A stretch of DNA of 64,000 bases from an uncultured Gammaproteobacteria bacterium (GCA_964590345.1 CAZPVP010000004.1:42-64041), one strand, 5' to 3'. Positions 17,387 to 27,925 are shown, numbered from the stretch's first letter. A program made the numbers and translations. The notes: generated from the sequence alone by a model not told the origin.

Positions 17387-19390
17387 GTTTGTAGTAATTC
17401 CCTGATAAGTTTTAAAAATTCGTCCCTGTGTCTGGGAATCTGTTGCTTCAATATCGATTTTTGGCAGCAAAGTTAAAATTTTATCAGCATCATTTTGACT
17501 CGGTGTTATTGAAATTTCAAATTCAGCCGTTGATTCATTTATAGCGGTTGGAATACGTGAAATTTGCCAGACAACTTCATTATTCTGATTTTTGTATAAA
17601 TTGCCAGCAGAAGTGTTTTCTTGGTTTTCAAAGCTAACATAATCTGGCAGCTTTGCTTTAACTTCAATATTTTCAATATCATGCAAAGAATTAGTAATGG
17701 TCCAGAAAATTTTATAAGAAGTTTTTTGACCGACAATAGGAGGCAATGGCCCGGAGCCGATTGTTTGATTGTTTTCATCAAAATAGCGCCCTTCTGTTTT
17801 TAAATTCAAGTTAGTGTTAATTTCATTAATAATAATATTGCTTTCATTGACGACTTCAGCTTGTTTATTGTCAATTTTGTTAATTTGTGTTTCAAAAAAG
17901 CTTCTAACCTGATAGTCTTCTTCTTTATATTTTTTTTGATAATCTTTTAGTTTAATTTGGATATTAATTTCTATTTCATCTTCGGGAAATAAAACAGCTA
18001 ATTCAGGCGTTTGCTCTTTGGTCCACAAAATTTGGTGACCTTCATTGATGCCATTACCGTCATCTTTTAAAGTTGACCAATTTAAAAATGGCGAATCAGA
18101 AATTAATCTTACTTTTAAATCACCCAAAGTGTTTTTGCTTTTATTTTGAATGCTTAACAAATAATTCAATGTCCCCCCAAAATTAACTGGTTTATTTTGA
18201 TTAGAGCCTTGAATAATTAAATTGTTTAAAAGTTCACCCTTGATAACTTCAATTGTAAATTTTTTTTCGCCTTGAATAAAATATTCATCAGCCGGGCCTT
18301 TTAATTTAACTTTAATATTAAATTCTAAAGTTTGGCTTTCTTCAACTTGAAATTCGCCTTGGAAATTAATATCTTTTTCGGCTTGCGCAGCCAAATTATC
18401 AATTGCCCAGATTTTGGGCGCGTTTTTTTCTTCATCGTCTATACTTTTTTTTTCTTCTTCATTAGCAATAATTTTACTTTGATTAAGTGTAAATTGCGCT
18501 GGATAATTTAATTCCACCTGAAGATTGTTTAAATCAATATCCTGAGAATTGTTTTTTAATTTTATATTAAATTCAGCTTTTTCTTGGTTGGCGACTTGAT
18601 TCGGATATTCAATCTCAAAATCAACCAAGCTATCGGTAATTTCAGTATTAAAAGAAACAGTTTTTTGAAATTCCGAGCTAAAATTAACCGGTATATAACT
18701 CAATGTGGCAGAAATTTGCTGTTTTGTATTTTGGCTGCCGATTAATTTTCCGGTTATTTCTAAAGTGCCTGATTCACCGCCGGAAATATTATTAAGTTGC
18801 CATTTTTTTATATTAGAATAGCCTTTTTCATCGTTTGTATCGGCAGCAGGTTTTTTATTGGAAGATTCAAAAATAAAACCGTAAGGCAAATAAACAAATA
18901 ATTTTGCCTGGCTAAAAGCTGTGTCTTCTGCATTAGCATATTTAATTTGATAAGTTACTTTTTCACCAGAAACAGCATTAAAAGGAGCTTTTATTTCTAA
19001 ATTAATTTTTTCGCCAGTGAACTTTGCTTTGGGCTGAAAAACTAAAAAGCCGAGGAAGGAAACAGTAAAAATGATAACCAAAATAATAATAATTAAAATA
19101 ACAAGATTAAAAATATTGTTTCTCTTTTTAAATTCTATGTTAGCCATGTTAGGCATCTTGCCTTTGCCGTCTTGATAGATGCTTTTTAGTCCTTTTTCAA
19201 TTTCTTTAGATTTAGAAACTATTTTGGGCTTTTGTTTTTTTTCTGCTTTGCCCCGGGTTTTAAGAGATTTTGTCTTTTTTTTTCTAATAGGTTTTTTAGC
19301 TTTTTTTGTTTTAGCTAAAGGCTGATCAGTTTGAGCCTGTTTTTTGTTTTTTTGCTTTATTTTTTTGTTTTTTTTCTTTTTTGTAGACAT
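17336..19390 (-). CDS. Membrane-anchored surface protein: Lys-rich N-terminal tail, one TM, repeated beta-rich extracellular domains
   Basis: K-rich residues 1-60, TM IFNLVILIIIILVIIFTVSFLGFLVF, then repeated DUF11/CARDB-like segments. Confidence 0.5.
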   Translation of the reverse strand: MSTKKKKNKKIKQKNKKQAQTDQPLAKTKKAKKPIRKKKTKSLKTRGKAEKKQKPKIVSKSKEIEKGLKSIYQDGKGKMPNMANIEFKKRNNIFNLVILIIIILVIIFTVSFLGFLVFQPKAKFTGEKINLEIKAPFNAVSGEKVTYQIKYANAEDTAFSQAKLFVYLPYGFIFESSNKKPAADTNDEKGYSNIKKWQLNNISGGESGTLEITGKLIGSQNTKQQISATLSYIPVNFSSEFQKTVSFNTEITDSLVDFEIEYPNQVANQEKAEFNIKLKNNSQDIDLNNLQVELNYPAQFTLNQSKIIANEEEKKSIDDEEKNAPKIWAIDNLAAQAEKDINFQGEFQVEESQTLEFNIKVKLKGPADEYFIQGEKKFTIEVIKGELLNNLIIQGSNQNKPVNFGGTLNYLLSIQNKSKNTLGDLKVRLISDSPFLNWSTLKDDGNGINEGHQILWTKEQTPELAVLFPEDEIEINIQIKLKDYQKKYKEEDYQVRSFFETQINKIDNKQAEVVNESNIIINEINTNLNLKTEGRYFDENNQTIGSGPLPPIVGQKTSYKIFWTITNSLHDIENIEVKAKLPDYVSFENQENTSAGNLYKNQNNEVVWQISRIPTAINESTAEFEISITPSQNDADKILTLLPKIDIEATDSQTQGRIFKTYQGITTNLDNDPLAKGKGLVQEE

Positions 19391-19392
19391 AA

Positions 19393-22164
19393 TTAATTCG
19401 GTCTAAAAATTATGGCTAATAATTTATCTGTATTTAAGAAATCTTCAAAAGTAAAGGTATTAGATTTTTTTATTAAAGTATCGGGAAAAATTATTTGATA
19501 ATTTAAAGAAGGGGGTAAGGTTATTTTAATATTAATTTTAAAATTATGCTTGCCAGATTGTTTTTGCCAAAGCAAAGAATATTTTTCCAAATCATCATCA
19601 GCACTGTTTAAATTTAGTTCTTTTTTAATCAGATTTAAATAATCTAATTGTTGGTTTTGTTTTTTCAAATTTAATTGAAAAGGTGGTTTGTATTTTAAAG
19701 TCACTGTTTTTGTTTCTCCTGGCTCAATTTTAAACCAATTAGCAAAAACCGTCTTGCCGTTTTCTTTGAAAATTTCGGTTTGGCTTTCTGATTCTATTTT
19801 TTTAGTTTTGTTAATAAAAGCGATTGTCGGATCTTTTTGATAAATTTCAGGATGAAGAATTGTAAAAAGTTCAGGTGGCATTTTTTCAAAACCTGAAGCG
19901 GAAATAAGCTGACTATTTTGTGGTACATAAATCCTTAAATAATCCAGATTAGGCACGCCATAAAAATTTTCTCCCTTTTTGCCTAAGTGAGTCTTTGTTA
20001 TATTTAAAGTATTTGTAATAGAGCCGTCATTTTTAATATTAACCTCCAAATTTGCAGTTTGTTTAATTTTTGCATCAGTTTTTTCACCAGCAATATTAGT
20101 ACTGACAATATTAAGATAATCTTTGTCAGTATCTTTCAAACGGCCGCCCCAGTTGTTTTTTAAAACAGCTTTTTCCAAGATAAAATTAGTGAAATAAAAC
20201 TGGATTTCTTTTTCATTCAAAGAAGTTAAAATTAAATCTAAAATTTCAGTGAATTGTTTTTTGTCAGATTTTAATAAACCATTAATAATTTTGGGTGTTA
20301 AATCAGCAATTATTTGTTTTGGTTTGTTTTCTTTTTTATCATATTCAAGTTCGACACTTTCCTGAATTGTTTGAAAAAAATTGTCAGCGCTGATAGTTTT
20401 ATTGTATTTAGGTAATTCTATCGGTTCAATTATTGTTAATATTTTTTCTAAAAAAGTAGCATTAATAAAAATTAGTCCATCAACCGTGGGCCCGCCGCTT
20501 TTTTCATAAAACCAAATTAATTTTTCAGCGGAAGTGGGTAAATCAGCAAACCAGTTAGCGTCTTGAAATTCCCAGCGAGGATTTATTAAATGTAAAGGTT
20601 TGGGTGATTCAACGTTAACTTTTAATCCGGCTTTTAAATCATATGGCCCTCCTCCGGGGATGTTTATTTTTTTAATATTACCTTTATCAATATCAACTAA
20701 AGCAAAGCTGCCGATAAATCCTCCAGTTGGCCTTATCTCATTATTATTTTGAAAAAGTAAAAGATATCTTTTTTTGCTTTCTTGGCCTAGTAATTTAAGA
20801 ATTAAATCGGAAGAAGAAACAAAATTAGCAACATTTTTTTCCAAGATTGGCAAGGCTATTTGTAGTTTTTTTATTTTTGTTTGATAAGGTTTGGGTATTT
20901 TATTTAAATTAATTTTTTGTAAATCGCTGGCGGCTGATTTTAAATCAGGCAACATTAGATTGAGATCATTTTTTAAAATAGTTAATTTTTCGGTTAAATT
21001 TAATGAATCAATGGATTTTTCTATTTTAATTTTATCTAAACTGGCTGTTAAAATGGCTGCACTTTTTGAAAGTTTTTCACCAATAGCAACTAGTTTTTTG
21101 GCCGCTTCAAATTCTTTTTTATATTCAGGAGTTAAATTAATAATATTTTTAATAATTAAATTTATACTTTCAAGCTCATTTTTTGCTTGGCTAAAATTAT
21201 TGCTAGCTTTTTTTAGCTCAAGCTGTGTATAATAAAGATCTTGTGCTGAAGCAGCTTTTTGAGAAATTGCTAAATGCCAAAGAGCCTGACTGGTTTTTTC
21301 TAAAATTGTATTCTTTTTGCCTTGTAAATTTTGATAATAGTCATAACTTAAAAAAGGCAAGATAAAAAACAGGCAAAAAACAATAAAAATCAAAATTTTT
21401 TTCGCCCAAAAAGAAGGAATAATAAATGTCCCCAATCTGATTTCTTTGGGATTTAGTTTTGGTAAAGAAAAATTAAATTTCGGCAATTTTATTTTAGGCA
21501 AATTAATTTTGTAGCTTTTTTTAATTGGTTTAAAATACGTTTTTGGGTCCTTTTTTAAAATTTGTTCTGATTTTGTAAGTTTTTTCCGTAATCGGCCATA
21601 GATGCTTTGCAATCTTTTTTTAAAGTCCTTTTTTTGTTTGTTGAATTTATTAAAAAGTTCTGAAGTAATAATTTGAGCATGTTCTTTCTCAGTCTGTTCA
21701 GAAAGATTTTGAGCAGCTTGAATTTTTTTCAGATCTAAAATATGCGGGGAAAGTTTTGCTGTTTTTTTTCTAGTTATTGTTTTATTTTTTTTTATTGATG
21801 TTGATTCTTTATTTTCTGGCGGTGTTTGTTCGGTTTTGTTTAAAAGAATTTTTGTTGAACTTTTTTTGTTTTGGATTTTATTTTGAGGCTTTTTAGTAGG
21901 TTTTTTAGAAATAGAAGCTTTACGGGTAATATTTTTCCCGTTTTTTTTGGCTATTGTCTGTTTTTTAACAGCATTCTTTTTTTTATTAGAAACTTTGCGA
22001 TTATTTTTTTTGATCGATGTTTTTGTCGCTCGTTTTCTGTTTTGTCGCTTATTAGAAGCCTTGCGAGCATTGTTTTTTGGGGTTTTTCCAGGTGCTCCTT
22101 TTTTTGTCTGTTTTTTTGTGGCATTTTTTCTCTTAGCAGTTTTTTTTATTTTTCCTTTAGGCAT
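19393..22164 (-). CDS. DUF4012-domain membrane protein with a Lys-rich N-terminal tail
   Basis: RYLLLFQNNNEIRPTGGFIGSF motif typical of DUF4012; K-rich N-terminus; one TM; first gene downstream of the GT cluster. Confidence 0.55.
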   Translation of the reverse strand: MPKGKIKKTAKRKNATKKQTKKGAPGKTPKNNARKASNKRQNRKRATKTSIKKNNRKVSNKKKNAVKKQTIAKKNGKNITRKASISKKPTKKPQNKIQNKKSSTKILLNKTEQTPPENKESTSIKKNKTITRKKTAKLSPHILDLKKIQAAQNLSEQTEKEHAQIITSELFNKFNKQKKDFKKRLQSIYGRLRKKLTKSEQILKKDPKTYFKPIKKSYKINLPKIKLPKFNFSLPKLNPKEIRLGTFIIPSFWAKKILIFIVFCLFFILPFLSYDYYQNLQGKKNTILEKTSQALWHLAISQKAASAQDLYYTQLELKKASNNFSQAKNELESINLIIKNIINLTPEYKKEFEAAKKLVAIGEKLSKSAAILTASLDKIKIEKSIDSLNLTEKLTILKNDLNLMLPDLKSAASDLQKINLNKIPKPYQTKIKKLQIALPILEKNVANFVSSSDLILKLLGQESKKRYLLLFQNNNEIRPTGGFIGSFALVDIDKGNIKKINIPGGGPYDLKAGLKVNVESPKPLHLINPRWEFQDANWFADLPTSAEKLIWFYEKSGGPTVDGLIFINATFLEKILTIIEPIELPKYNKTISADNFFQTIQESVELEYDKKENKPKQIIADLTPKIINGLLKSDKKQFTEILDLILTSLNEKEIQFYFTNFILEKAVLKNNWGGRLKDTDKDYLNIVSTNIAGEKTDAKIKQTANLEVNIKNDGSITNTLNITKTHLGKKGENFYGVPNLDYLRIYVPQNSQLISASGFEKMPPELFTILHPEIYQKDPTIAFINKTKKIESESQTEIFKENGKTVFANWFKIEPGETKTVTLKYKPPFQLNLKKQNQQLDYLNLIKKELNLNSADDDLEKYSLLWQKQSGKHNFKINIKITLPPSLNYQIIFPDTLIKKSNTFTFEDFLNTDKLLAIIFRPN

Positions 22165-22179
22165 GGATATAAAGTAAAA

Positions 22180-23301
22180 TTATAAACTTAAAATTTTTTT
22201 ATATATAGTTAAAGTTTTTTGGGCACAGTCTTGCCATGAATATTTTTTTATTTTTTCGAATCCCTTTTCTTTGAGCTGTTTTTTCAACTTTTTATTGGTT
22301 AAAACTGTTTTTATAACTTCTGCCATTTTTTGTATATCGTGAGGATTAAAATAAAGTGCGGCTTGACCTAAAATTTCCGGCAAGCTTGTGGCTTGACTAG
22401 AAACAACGGGTGTGCCACAAGCCATGGCTTCAAGGCCAATTATGCCAAAACCTTCGTAAAAGGAAGGAATAACAAATATTTCGGCACCATTATAAATGAG
22501 AGGTAATTCCTGATTATTAATAAAGCCGGGCGTAATTATATCTTGTTTGAATTCGGATTTCAATATAATTTGGCGGATATTGGGATAATGTGGGTCTTCC
22601 TGTCCGGCTAAAACCAATTGATAATCAAGTTTGTGTTTGTTTTTCAAAATTTCAAAAGCTTTAATCAGACCTTCAAAATTTTTATGATTGCGCCAAGCAC
22701 TGATAAAAAAGAGATAAGGCTTAGTTATCCCATATTTAGCTTTTGTTGCTTCTATTTTATCATAATTTTCAATAACTTTAAATCTTTTTTCTATCCCCAA
22801 ATAAGTTACCTCTATTTTTTCTTGTTTGACATTGAGATACTTAATGAGGTCATCTTTGGTGTTATTCGAGACAGTAATAATTTTAGCTGATTTTTTAAGG
22901 CTGGATTTCAGGGTTAATTGATAAGCTTTTTTCCTATACCAATTTTTTTGTTTGTGCCCGGGAAAAAAATTAGGGATAATGTCATGGATAGTTGTAATTC
23001 TTTTTTTAGAATAAAAAATCGGGGCATTAAAATGCGGAAAATGCATCAAATCAAGCTTGGCTTTTTTTATTTGCCATAAGAAGTTAGTTTGTTCAGCATA
23101 GCTATACCAATAGGCATTAGTCTTAATTTTATGAATTTTATCATGAGGCGGTTTATATTGAGAATAAAAAGGTTCAAGTAAAAAAAGATAATAATCATTA
23201 TTTTTATCTAATTCAAAAATATGGTCAGTAATTTGTTTAATATAAGTACCGATGCCTGATTGAGCTTTGCCATACATTCTGGCATCAATGCCGATTTTCA
23301 T
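22180..23301 (-). CDS. Glycosyltransferase family 4 (GT-B)
   Basis: EGFGIIGLEAMACGTPVV motif. Confidence 0.8.
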   Translation of the reverse strand: MKIGIDARMYGKAQSGIGTYIKQITDHIFELDKNNDYYLFLLEPFYSQYKPPHDKIHKIKTNAYWYSYAEQTNFLWQIKKAKLDLMHFPHFNAPIFYSKKRITTIHDIIPNFFPGHKQKNWYRKKAYQLTLKSSLKKSAKIITVSNNTKDDLIKYLNVKQEKIEVTYLGIEKRFKVIENYDKIEATKAKYGITKPYLFFISAWRNHKNFEGLIKAFEILKNKHKLDYQLVLAGQEDPHYPNIRQIILKSEFKQDIITPGFINNQELPLIYNGAEIFVIPSFYEGFGIIGLEAMACGTPVVSSQATSLPEILGQAALYFNPHDIQKMAEVIKTVLTNKKLKKQLKEKGFEKIKKYSWQDCAQKTLTIYKKILSL

Positions 23302-23324
23302 AGATTAGAATTAAGAATAAAGAA

Positions 23325-24470
23325 TTAAGAAGATAGATAATCTAACGTCTGTTGGGCGGTTTTTTGCCAAGTGAAACGCTGGGAGTTTTTTAAGCCTTGA
23401 TTGATTAAATTTTCTTTAAGTTTTTGATTATTTAAAATTTGTAAAATTGCTTGACTTATTTCAGATAAATTATCTGGTTTGACCAAAAAAGCAGAATTTT
23501 TGAGGATTTCAGGAAACGATGAATTGGCGCTGGCAATTACTGGCGTACCGCAGGCTTGAGCCTCCAAAACAGGTAAACCAAAGCCTTCATAAAAAGAAGG
23601 GAATATAAATATTTGGGCCAAATTATATAAATAAGGTTTATCCTTTCTGTCAATATAGCCAGTAAATTTGATCTGTTTTGAAAAATTAGAATTTTTAGCC
23701 AGCTGAAAAACTTTGTCATAATTCCAGCCTTTATTACCGGCAATAACAAGATTTAAATTAGCCAATTTATTATTGCGAGTTTTTAATAAATTGAAAGCCT
23801 CTATAATGCCTTCAATGTTTTTTCTTGGTTCAATTGTGCCAAGATATAAAATGAAATTTTCAGGCAATTTATATTTATTTTTAATTTTTTGAAAATTCGG
23901 TAAATTATTATCTAACTTTTTATAAATTTGCTGATCAATACCAGAATAAATAATTTTAATTTTATTATCAGTCAATTGATAAAGATTAATTAAGTCATTT
24001 TTTGTGTTTTCAGAAACTGCAATGATTTTTTCGCAATTAGAAATTATTTTTTTTGGCTTAATAAATTTATGCCAAAAAATTCTTTTTTTAGAAAAAAAAT
24101 CAGGGAATAATTCAAAAGAGAGATCGTGAACAGTAATCATTTTTTTACATTTTTTTGAAAGTGCTAAAAAGTTAAGATTAGGTATAAAAAAAATATCAAT
24201 ATTTTTAAGTAATAGATCAATTTTTGGATAATTGAAAAATTTAAAACTAAAATTAAGAAATTTATTTGGATATTTAAAACCAATAAATTCTACATTACCA
24301 TAATCAAAGTTAGGCAGATTTATGCTAACATCATGATTTGAATTATAAAAAAGTTTATATTGATTTTGCGAGTCGATTTGAAAGAGGTTATCTAAAAGAT
24401 TGTAAGTATATTCAGCTACGCCAGAATAATTTTTATGCATTAAACAGCGGAGATCAATACCGATTTGCAT
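23325..24470 (-). CDS. Glycosyltransferase family 4; start moved to MQIGIDLR
   Basis: EGFGLPVLEAQACGTPVI motif; the internal start avoids overlap with the upstream gene. Confidence 0.75.
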   Translation of the reverse strand: MQIGIDLRCLMHKNYSGVAEYTYNLLDNLFQIDSQNQYKLFYNSNHDVSINLPNFDYGNVEFIGFKYPNKFLNFSFKFFNYPKIDLLLKNIDIFFIPNLNFLALSKKCKKMITVHDLSFELFPDFFSKKRIFWHKFIKPKKIISNCEKIIAVSENTKNDLINLYQLTDNKIKIIYSGIDQQIYKKLDNNLPNFQKIKNKYKLPENFILYLGTIEPRKNIEGIIEAFNLLKTRNNKLANLNLVIAGNKGWNYDKVFQLAKNSNFSKQIKFTGYIDRKDKPYLYNLAQIFIFPSFYEGFGLPVLEAQACGTPVIASANSSFPEILKNSAFLVKPDNLSEISQAILQILNNQKLKENLINQGLKNSQRFTWQKTAQQTLDYLSS

Positions 24471-24483
24471 AGAGATATAAGAG

Positions 24484-25581
24484 TTAAAATTGCTTAAAAT
24501 TTTGCCAGGATTTTTCAATAAAATTTTTCATTTTCTGATAAAAGCTTTGCGAATTAAATTTTTCAGCATGCTGTTTTATTCCCTGTGGGCGGAATTCTTT
24601 TGGCTTGAATTTTATTACAGCATCAATCAAGGCTTCCCATGTTTGTTCTTTAAAAAATTTACCGGTTTTATCGTCAATAATAGTTTCTAAGGCACCGCCG
24701 TCAGCATAAGCAATTACTGGTCGGCCAGAAGCCATTGATTCAACTACTGTCAGTCCATAGTCTTCTACTTGCGGATGAATTAATGCCAGACATTGGGATA
24801 GGTGTTTTCTTTTTTCTTCTTCGGAAACAGCGCCTAAAAATTCAATATTTGGTTTAGCCATTTTTTTGAGTTTCTGGGTCTCTTCACCAATACCAATTAT
24901 TTTTAACGGTATGTTAAGCTTATTAAATGCCTTGACAGCCAAATCTACTTTTTTATAAGGCTTGAGTCGGGAAATTAAAAGATAATAATTGCTAAGATTA
25001 TTTGAAATATAAAAGTTTTCAGTGTCAACTGGAGGATAAATAACAGCACTGTCGCGGTTGTAATAATTTTTGATTCTTTGAGCAATGAAATTTGAATTGG
25101 CAATGAAATGATTGACTCTTTGGGCGGCTAATTGATCCCATTGTCTAAGCCGGTTTAAAATTAGGGGTAGAAAATATTTAACAATTTTGCCTTCTTTAAT
25201 ATCTTTATGATACTGGTGGGCTTCACTCCAAAGATAGCGTGTCGGTGTATGGCAATAACAAATATGCAGAGTTTTTGGATGAGTAATGGCTCCTTTTATT
25301 AGAGCCGAAGTTGAGGATATTACAACATCATAATCAGTTAAATCAATTTGTTCAACAGCAGTAGGCATTAATGGCAAAAACCAGCGTATTTTTGAGCCGG
25401 AAAAAGGTATTTTTTGCAAAAAAGTTGTTCTGATATCTTTATTGGCAAATCCAGTTAGTCTTTTTTTGTCATGGATTAAGGTATAAATTGGTGCATCAGG
25501 AAAAAGCTCTGCTAATGCTAACAGAACCCGTTCCGCACCCCCGGCTTGATTTAAATAATCATGTAGTAAAGCAACCTTCAT
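24484..25581 (-). CDS. Glycosyltransferase family 4
   Basis: EDYGLTVVESMASGRPVI motif. Confidence 0.8.
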   Translation of the reverse strand: MKVALLHDYLNQAGGAERVLLALAELFPDAPIYTLIHDKKRLTGFANKDIRTTFLQKIPFSGSKIRWFLPLMPTAVEQIDLTDYDVVISSTSALIKGAITHPKTLHICYCHTPTRYLWSEAHQYHKDIKEGKIVKYFLPLILNRLRQWDQLAAQRVNHFIANSNFIAQRIKNYYNRDSAVIYPPVDTENFYISNNLSNYYLLISRLKPYKKVDLAVKAFNKLNIPLKIIGIGEETQKLKKMAKPNIEFLGAVSEEEKRKHLSQCLALIHPQVEDYGLTVVESMASGRPVIAYADGGALETIIDDKTGKFFKEQTWEALIDAVIKFKPKEFRPQGIKQHAEKFNSQSFYQKMKNFIEKSWQNFKQF

Positions 25582-25738
25582 AATGTTAGTATATTAGTAT
25601 ATTGGTGAATTAGGTTATTATGGAAAGGAAGATTATATTAAAAAATTAAAAATTTATTCCTAATATACTAATAAACAAATAAACCAATTACCTAATTATA
25701 TATTCGTAGTTTAGCTTATTTGAGTATAAAAATCAAGC

Positions 25739-25786
25739 GCAAAAAAACACCCTTCATTATAAAATTCAGGGTGTTTTTTTGCGCAG
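25739..25786 (-). terminator. Perfect hairpin terminator GCGCAAAAAAACACCCT...AGGGTGTTTTTTTGCGC
   Basis: 17-bp perfect stem immediately downstream of the sugar-transferase stop. Confidence 0.7.
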
Positions 25787-25800
25787 AGCGTACTTAAATT

Positions 25801-27219
25801 TTATAAAGCTTCGCGCTTAGGGAATAAGACAACTTTAGGGGTTTTTAAGAGGATTTGAATATCCAGCCATAAGGACCAGTTTTCGATATAGTAAATATCC
25901 AATTTGATTTCTTCATCAAAATCCAAATCTGAACGGCCAGAAACTTGAGCCAAACCAGTAATGCCGGGTTTAATATCTAAAACACGCTTATGGTAATCTT
26001 TGTATTTAGATACTTCTTCCGGCAAATGAGGTCTTGGGCCAACCAAACCCATTTTGCCAATGAAAACCAAAAATAATTCTGGCAATTCATCAATGCTGTA
26101 TTTGCGAATAAATTTACCAACACGGGTAATTCTGGGATCATCTTTGATCTTAATTAAAGGCCCTTTTCTTAAATTTAATTCTTGCAAAGCATTTGAATAT
26201 CTTAAAGAATCTGATTTATCAATCATTGATCGGAATTTAAAATAATGGAAAGGTTTGCCATATTGTCCAACTCTTTTAACGAGCGAGCCATCATCCAATT
26301 TGCTGAAAAAAACAGGTCCTTTTGAATCTAATTTAACAGCAATAGCTGTAATCAGCATTATTGGCGAAGTTAAAATTATTAAAATTGCTGAAATAATAAT
26401 GTCAAAAATTCTTTTATAAATTTTACCCCAGCCTTCTAGTCTTGTTTTTTTTATTTCAAAAATAGGGATACCAGCTATAGTATCAATGCCTAAACGGCTG
26501 GTTTTTGTTTTGAAAATATCAGCCGAAAATTTAAAAGTAATATTATTGGCTTCGGTAAATTCAATTAAATTTAGTGTTTTTCCTTTTTCTAATTGGGGAT
26601 CTGATTGTATGATTTCATCAATTCTTGCTTGTTTATGCAGGTTTAATATTTTATTTTTAATTTCAGAAGTAAAGTCCGTAAAGACGTCAATAATTTTATA
26701 GCCCAATTGCGGTTTTTTGTTCAGAATTTTTATTAAATTTTTTGTATTTTTATCATTGCCAATTAAAATTATTTTTTTAGCGCCATAGCCTTTTTTTAGT
26801 AAAAATTTTTGAATTTCATAAATAACAATTCGTCCGATTGCAACATATAAAATAGAAAAAATCCAAGCCGCTAAAATAATAAAACGAGATGAAAAAAGTT
26901 CGCGTTTTAAAAAAATAGCTACGATTATAGCTAAAACACCTGTTGAGCAGGCAAAAAATATTTTGGAGAATTCTTTAGAAAATTTACGATCAGTTTGTAT
27001 TGTATAAAGGCCGGCAAGGGCAAAGATTATTAACATAGCCAAAGCCATCAAAAGGCTGTAGCTTAAGTATTGGCCAAATGACAAAGCATAGATAACAGGT
27101 CTTATTTCAGTAACAAAAGAACCGACTCTAAGATGGTAAGCAGATAGAGCCGCTAAGACCAGCATTAAAAAGTCAAGTGGTATTAAAATTATAGCGAATA
27201 TTAAATCAGTTTTTTTCAT
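25801..27219 (-). CDS. Initiating polyprenyl-phosphate sugar phosphotransferase (WbaP/CpsE-type bacterial sugar transferase)
   Basis: PF02397-type C-terminus: KRIFDIIIS, GKPFHYFKFRSM, GPRP, DIKPGITGLAQV; N-terminal TM block. Start set at MKKTD so it does not overlap the rnpB terminator. Confidence 0.8.
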   Translation of the reverse strand: MKKTDLIFAIILIPLDFLMLVLAALSAYHLRVGSFVTEIRPVIYALSFGQYLSYSLLMALAMLIIFALAGLYTIQTDRKFSKEFSKIFFACSTGVLAIIVAIFLKRELFSSRFIILAAWIFSILYVAIGRIVIYEIQKFLLKKGYGAKKIILIGNDKNTKNLIKILNKKPQLGYKIIDVFTDFTSEIKNKILNLHKQARIDEIIQSDPQLEKGKTLNLIEFTEANNITFKFSADIFKTKTSRLGIDTIAGIPIFEIKKTRLEGWGKIYKRIFDIIISAILIILTSPIMLITAIAVKLDSKGPVFFSKLDDGSLVKRVGQYGKPFHYFKFRSMIDKSDSLRYSNALQELNLRKGPLIKIKDDPRITRVGKFIRKYSIDELPELFLVFIGKMGLVGPRPHLPEEVSKYKDYHKRVLDIKPGITGLAQVSGRSDLDFDEEIKLDIYYIENWSLWLDIQILLKTPKVVLFPKREAL

Positions 27220-27262
27220 AAAAGGGAATTTTGAATTAACAAAATATAAATCATTAATTTTC

Positions 27263-27290
27263 AATAAAAAGGCCAAAACGGCCTTTTTAT
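27263..27290 (-). terminator. rnpB terminator hairpin AAAGGCCGTTTTGGCCTTT
   Basis: Perfect hairpin plus T-run immediately 3' of the RNase P RNA on the minus strand. Confidence 0.5.
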
Positions 27291-27303
27291 TGAATAATCT
27301 AAT

Positions 27304-27848
27304 CTAGATATCTAAATGAGTAAGCCGGATTCTGTTACCTCTTTAAAGAGGCGAGGTCATCTATCTAGGTCCTCACTTACGTTCGGACTCAAGCGAACTA
27401 CTTTTAATTCCGCATTGCGGAACTTTGTTCTTGCACCAGGTAGAGTTTGCCACGGTCTTCCTGTTACCAGGAGCCGAGTCTTGTAGCCATTTGTCTCGAG
27501 AACAAATAACATCAAGACACTTTTCACGTTTCGCAAATGGCTTGGGCAGATAGCAAATTGCTATAAGCCATTGGCCATAAGCTAGTCTAGTCTCTGTGGC
27601 ACTGGTCCTGACTTAATATTGCTATTAAGCCGGCGGGTGTTACCCGTTACCGCCCACTGCTACGCAGTGGAAATTCCAAATTTCAAAATTCAAATAACAA
27701 AAATTGATATTTGTCATTTGTTATTTGGTTCTTCCATTGCGCAGCAATGGTTTGGTGTCCGGACTTTCCTCCCATGCCCGCCGAAGCTTTAGCGAATGTG
27801 GGGCTTCGCATTGGACATGAGCGACCTCTGCTTATTTAGATATCTAGA
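27304..27848 (-). ncRNA. rnpB: RNase P RNA (bacterial type A), about 545 nt, with an AT-rich hairpin insertion
   Basis: Minus strand carries GGGAGGAAAGTCCGGACACC (P4 5' strand), CCAGTGCCACAGAGA (P10-P11) and ACAGAATCCGGCTTAC (P4 3' strand). The 5' AGATATCTAAATAAGC pairs with the 3' GCTTACTCATTTAGATATCT (P1). No ORFs; GC about 50%. Confidence 0.85.
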
Positions 27849-27889
27849 ACAGATGCGAATTAAACATTCGCTGATAATTTAGAAGATGT

Positions 27890-27925
27890 TTATATTCTAC
27901 TACATTTTTAGCTTTTTGTCAATAG
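27890..27925 (-). promoter_or_regulatory. Promoter TTGACA-17-TAGAAT for rnpB
   Basis: Minus strand aTTGACAaaaagctaaaaatgtagTAGAAT about 40 nt upstream of the mature 5' end. Confidence 0.45.

Noticed and set aside
21871-22185. + strand ORFs 21871-22185 and 21947-22177
   Set aside because: Antisense to the Lys-rich N-terminal coding region of the DUF4012 gene; the poly-F/L translation is an artefact of the poly-A/T template.
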